A stretch of 45,255 nt of DNA, from the IMG/VR virus record IMGVR_UViG_3300028588_000003, positions 1-45,255 of that record; one strand, written 5' to 3'. Each line of letters begins with the position of its first letter. Within the stretch, counting starts at the first letter, position 1. Under the pieces are notes generated by a model that was not told the origin of the DNA, did not search any database, and saw only the letters and a list, made by a program, of their open reading frames with translations. The position numbers and the translations under genes are program-made. The stretch comes from a virus. Shown one piece after another: positions 42,129-45,255 of the stretch.

Positions 42129-42491
42129 ATGAAGCTCACTACCTTGAAATCCCGATTACAAAAGGTCGGGCCGCGCCTTTCATCTCTGCCTGTCGCCGCC
42201 GGCACCGTCGAGCGCAAGCGCGGCTCGGCCGGCGTGCGTGACCGCGACCGGATCCGGAAGCGCGACTGCGGCCTCTGCCAGAACTGCGGTCACCTCGGCA
42301 GCGTGGTCGACCACAACAAGCCGCTGTGGGCAGGCGGATCGGATGAGGACGACAACAAGTGGGTCCTGTGCCCGGTCTGCCACGACGCGAAGAGCAAGGT
42401 GGAGGCGGCGCAGCGCGCGGCCAGCAGCTACGACCAGGACGCCGTGCGCCAGGTCCTGCACCAGGTCGGGGAGCAGCGCCGACGGGCATAA
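42129..42491 (+). CDS. HNH endonuclease, terminase-associated type
   Basis: MKLTTLKSRLQ... N-terminus and CGLCQNCGHLGSVVDHNKPLWAGGSDEDDNKWVLCPVCHDAK (CxxC...H-N-H...CxxC). Upstream of terS/terL as in HK97-like cos phages. Confidence 0.8.
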   Translation: MKLTTLKSRLQKVGPRLSSLPVAAGTVERKRGSAGVRDRDRIRKRDCGLCQNCGHLGSVVDHNKPLWAGGSDEDDNKWVLCPVCHDAKSKVEAAQRAASSYDQDAVRQVLHQVGEQRRRA

Positions 42492-42590
42492 AGCACTGTG
42501 CAGAAACACAGTAGTATAAAATTGACGAAGCCGACGAGTGCGCTAACACTGGCCGGCTTCTAATCACATCAACCTGGCTAGAGGTTACCC

Positions 42591-43448
42591 GTGACTACCA
42601 CGAATTCTACAGCAGGCATTGCCGCTCAGCTGCGGCCTTGCCTCATATGCGGCTCCAATGTAATAGGTCCGCGATCAAAGAAGTACTGCTCGAAGCGCTG
42701 CTGCTGGATGGCGCAAGACCGCAAGGCCGGAGCCGCTCCTATGCGTGAGTACGCAGCGGCCAGGCGGAAGCCAGCGAACTGGTTCAAGTGCCAGCACTGC
42801 GGCAAGGACGCTCACCGGAACATGAGTGGAACGAATCCTGGGCCGAACCGCTGGTGCTCGATGCAATGCCGGAAGGATGCAGCAAAGGACGCCCGGCCGG
42901 CACCCTACTCCCGTTGCTATGGCCTGTACTGCAGGACATGCCGCGCGCCATTCGTGTCCAAGACTGACAAAACGCACTGCAGCCGGACCTGCGAACTAGC
43001 GGCCGCCCGCGCTGCTACCCTGGCCGCAGCCTTGGCCGCGCACCAGGAGGCGGCAAGAGTCAATGCCTGTGAGTGTTGCGGGGCTCAGTTCTGCCCGCTG
43101 TATGGAGCCAGTCACGCCGCCCTGTGTGGGCCATGCGGACTCATCCGACAAAGAGAGCACAAGCGCACGCACCGGATCGCAAGAAAGGCCCGTCAACGCG
43201 GCGCCCAAGTCGAGGCAGTCAACCCTATGAGGGTGTTTGAGCGCGATGGCTGGCGGTGCAAGCTGTGCGGGATTCGCACGCCCAGGAGCAAGCGCGGCAC
43301 GCAGGCTGATGACGCGCCCGAACTCGACCACATCATTCCGCTCTCAAGGAACGGTGAGCACTCGTATCGCAATACCCAGTGCACTTGCCGGAAGTGCAAC
43401 GCGGAGAAGTCAGATCGGCCGCTCGGGCAGCTGCTGCTCATCGGGTAG
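42591..43448 (+). CDS. Four CxxC...CSxxC zinc-ribbon repeats fused to a C-terminal HNH nuclease domain
   Basis: CLICG...YCSKRC, CQHCG...WCSMQC, CRTCR...HCSRTC, CECCG...LCGPC, then WRCKLCG...LDHIIPLSRNGEHSYRNTQCTCRKCNAEK. GTG start with a GAGG RBS. Confidence 0.7.
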   Translation: MTTTNSTAGIAAQLRPCLICGSNVIGPRSKKYCSKRCCWMAQDRKAGAAPMREYAAARRKPANWFKCQHCGKDAHRNMSGTNPGPNRWCSMQCRKDAAKDARPAPYSRCYGLYCRTCRAPFVSKTDKTHCSRTCELAAARAATLAAALAAHQEAARVNACECCGAQFCPLYGASHAALCGPCGLIRQREHKRTHRIARKARQRGAQVEAVNPMRVFERDGWRCKLCGIRTPRSKRGTQADDAPELDHIIPLSRNGEHSYRNTQCTCRKCNAEKSDRPLGQLLLIG

Positions 43449-43546
43449 CCCCCTCCCCATCAAATGTTTGGAGCGGTCTTGGGCGGACACCGCCTGCTTC
43501 CCCACGCGCGGAAAAAAGTCCCCTTTTTGATTTAGGAAATCAGCAA

Positions 43547-43975
43547 ATGGCAGGCGTACAAGGCAAGAGCGGAGGGCCCCGCCCCAACTCTGGCGGCGCC
43601 CGTCCTGGTGCTGGGCGCAAGCCCAAGGCTGAGGCCTCGAAATCAGCAAATGCGAAGGCCGAGAAGGCGTCGTCGGTCGAGGTGAAGCTCGAGCACCAGC
43701 CCCGCGGCGGCGCGCTGAAGCGGAAGAAGGCGGTACCCGTTCCTGTCGAGGCCAGCGACATGCTCGACCTGCTGCAAAAGATCGCCCTCGGCCACATCGA
43801 CGCGACTGCTGGCCAAATCCGCGCCGCGATCGCCGCGGTGCAGTACACCCACACGAAGCGGGGCGACGGCGGGAAGAAGGACGAGAGGGCTGACAAGGCG
43901 AAGTCGGCCGGCGCCGGAAAGTTCGCTTCGGCCGCGCCGCCGCGCCTGGCCGCTGCCGGCGGGAAGAAGGTCTAA
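43547..43975 (+). CDS. terS: Terminase small subunit (putative)
   Basis: AGGAAA RBS. Basic Gly-rich N-terminus GGPRPNSGGARPGAGRKPK. Immediately upstream of terL. Confidence 0.65.
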   Translation: MAGVQGKSGGPRPNSGGARPGAGRKPKAEASKSANAKAEKASSVEVKLEHQPRGGALKRKKAVPVPVEASDMLDLLQKIALGHIDATAGQIRAAIAAVQYTHTKRGDGGKKDERADKAKSAGAGKFASAAPPRLAAAGGKKV

Positions 43976-45255
43976 ATGGTCGAGTGGACAACAGCGTGCC
44001 CTGACTGGGCGGATAGATTGCGCCGTGGCGATTCGATCATTCCCCCGCCGATCTTCCCTGAAGAGGCTGAAGCCGGTCTGGCGATCATGCGCGACCTGCG
44101 CATCGTCGACGCACCCGGCAGTCCCAGGATGGATGACGCGTGCGGGCAATGGATCTTCGACCTGGCGGCTACCATCTTCGGCGCCTACGATGCCGAGAGT
44201 GGGCGGCGGCTGATCACGGAGTGGTTCGTGATGCTGCCGAAGAAGAACTTCAAGTCTGGCTTGGCCGCATCGATCATGCTGACTTGCTTAATCCGGAACT
44301 GGCGGCAGTCGGCGGAATTCACGATCCTGGCGCCGACGTTGGAGGTGGCGAACAACAGTTTTGGCCCCGCCCAGGACATGGTGCAGTACCAGCCGGACGA
44401 GGAGGACAGCGACGAGCCGAACGAGCTGGTCGACCTGATCCAGGTGCAGACGCACGTTAAGACGCTGACCCACCACGAAAAGCGGGCGAAGCTCAAGGTG
44501 ATTGCCGCCGACGAGAAAACGGCAGCAGGTAAAAAGTCGGTCGGAACGCTGATCGAAGAGCTGTGGCTGTTCGGGAAGATGCCGAACGCGAAGGAGATGT
44601 TCCGGGAAGCCCTGGGCGGCCTCGCGTCGCGGAAGGAAGGCTTCACGATCTACATCACAACGCAGAGCGACGAGCCTCCCGCCGGCATCTTCAAGGAAAA
44701 GCTGCAATACGCGCGCGACGTGCGCGATGGGAAGATCCACGATCCGCAGTTCCTGCCAATCATCTACGAGCACCCGCCCGAGATGGTCAAGCGCAAGGAG
44801 CACCTGAAGCTGGAAAACATGGCGATGGTGAACCCGAATATCGGGTACTCGGTCGACGACGCCTTCCTCGAGCGCGAGCACCGGAAGGCAACGATCGAGG
44901 GGGAGGCCTCGCTTCGCAGCTTCATGGCGAAGCACGCCAATGTCGAGATCGGCTTGAACCTGCGCTCCGACCGCTGGGCCGGCGCCGACTTCTGGGAAGA
45001 GGCGGCCGACAAGTCGATCAACCTGGATACCCTGCTGGCGCGCTGCGAAGTCGCGGTGGTCGGCATCGATGGCGGAGGCCTGGACGACTTGCTGGGCCTG
45101 GCCGTGCTGGGCCGCGAGCGCGGTACCGGGCTATGGCTGCTGTGGTGTCACGCCTGGGCGCACAGGATCGTGCTGGAGCGCCGCAAAGAAATCGCATCAA
45201 AGCTGGAAGATTTTGAGAAGGACGGCGACCTCACCATCGTCGATAAACCAGGCCC
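43976..45255 (+). CDS. terL: Terminase large subunit, N-terminal part (runs off the window end, continues at 128..566)
   Basis: Read by eye; absent from the ORF track because there is no stop in the window. The sequence runs MVEWTTACPDWADRLRRGDSIIPPPIF...FVMLPKKNFKSGLAA (Walker A-like)...IEELWLFG...TIYITTQSD. The frame matches 42..566 via the 127-nt overlap, giving 572 aa in total. Confidence 0.9.
   Translation, partial: MVEWTTACPDWADRLRRGDSIIPPPIFPEEAEAGLAIMRDLRIVDAPGSPRMDDACGQWIFDLAATIFGAYDAESGRRLITEWFVMLPKKNFKSGLAASIMLTCLIRNWRQSAEFTILAPTLEVANNSFGPAQDMVQYQPDEEDSDEPNELVDLIQVQTHVKTLTHHEKRAKLKVIAADEKTAAGKKSVGTLIEELWLFGKMPNAKEMFREALGGLASRKEGFTIYITTQSDEPPAGIFKEKLQYARDVRDGKIHDPQFLPIIYEHPPEMVKRKEHLKLENMAMVNPNIGYSVDDAFLEREHRKATIEGEASLRSFMAKHANVEIGLNLRSDRWAGADFWEEAADKSINLDTLLARCEVAVVGIDGGGLDDLLGLAVLGRERGTGLWLLWCHAWAHRIVLERRKEIASKLEDFEKDGDLTIVDKPG
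45129..45255. repeat. Terminal overlap copy 2, identical to 1-127
   Basis: Same 127-nt string as the window start. Confidence 0.95.

Noticed and set aside
43449-43546. cos site, or a packaging-recognition hairpin (GAAAAAAGTCCCCTTTTTGA), upstream of terS.
   Set aside because: The location is plausible for HK97-like phages, but nothing in the sequence alone defines cohesive ends. The A/T-only stem is weak. It needs terminus mapping.

Overview
The window is a complete, circularly assembled, high-GC temperate siphophage genome. Bases 1-127 are identical to 45129-45255, so the unique length is 45,128 bp and the break falls inside the large terminase gene. The layout is lambda-like with an HK97-type morphogenesis module. 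On the plus strand, a Q-like antiterminator and a late promoter with tandem terminators (40.7-41.5 kb) lead into small ORFs, two HNH nucleases and TerS/TerL. TerL wraps across the window end. Next come portal, ClpP-like protease, HK97-type capsid, an unusual 3.2-kb four-to-six-gene insert, connector/adaptor/gp10/terminator proteins, major tail, a G/GT chaperone with a -1 frameshift, a 1570-aa tape measure and a very small tail-tip set. A lysis cassette follows (permuted papain-like peptidase, SLT transglycosylase, 3TM holin family) and then two cargo ORFs. attP is the 3' 48 nt of a tRNA-Pro(GGG), flanked by arm repeats and adjacent to a tyrosine integrase and a DUF4224 Xis-like gene. The leftward early operon (33.0 to 20.9 kb, minus strand) encodes RecT, a YqaJ-type exonuclease fused to a long C-terminal extension, two HNH-AP2 endonucleases, a C5-cytosine methyltransferase with five tandem TRD-like repeats, and a J-domain protein. 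The immunity region has a cI/LexA-type repressor and a Cro-like gene. Their promoters, and the leftward early promoter, are overlapped by copies of a TTAGG-N4-CCTAA palindromic operator. The rightward early operon encodes a CII-like protein, a Dam-type methyltransferase, a DUF1376 replication protein with internal heptamer repeats, and RuvC. The best candidate for an undescribed system is the visibly lower-GC island between the leftward operators and cI (33.1-35.7 kb), which occupies the lambda rexAB position. It holds a small protein abutting the cI stop codon with an SSB-tip-like C-terminus, a BamE-like lipoprotein, a 3-TM protein and a convergent overlapping ORF pair. All functional calls come from reading motifs by eye; no database search was possible.
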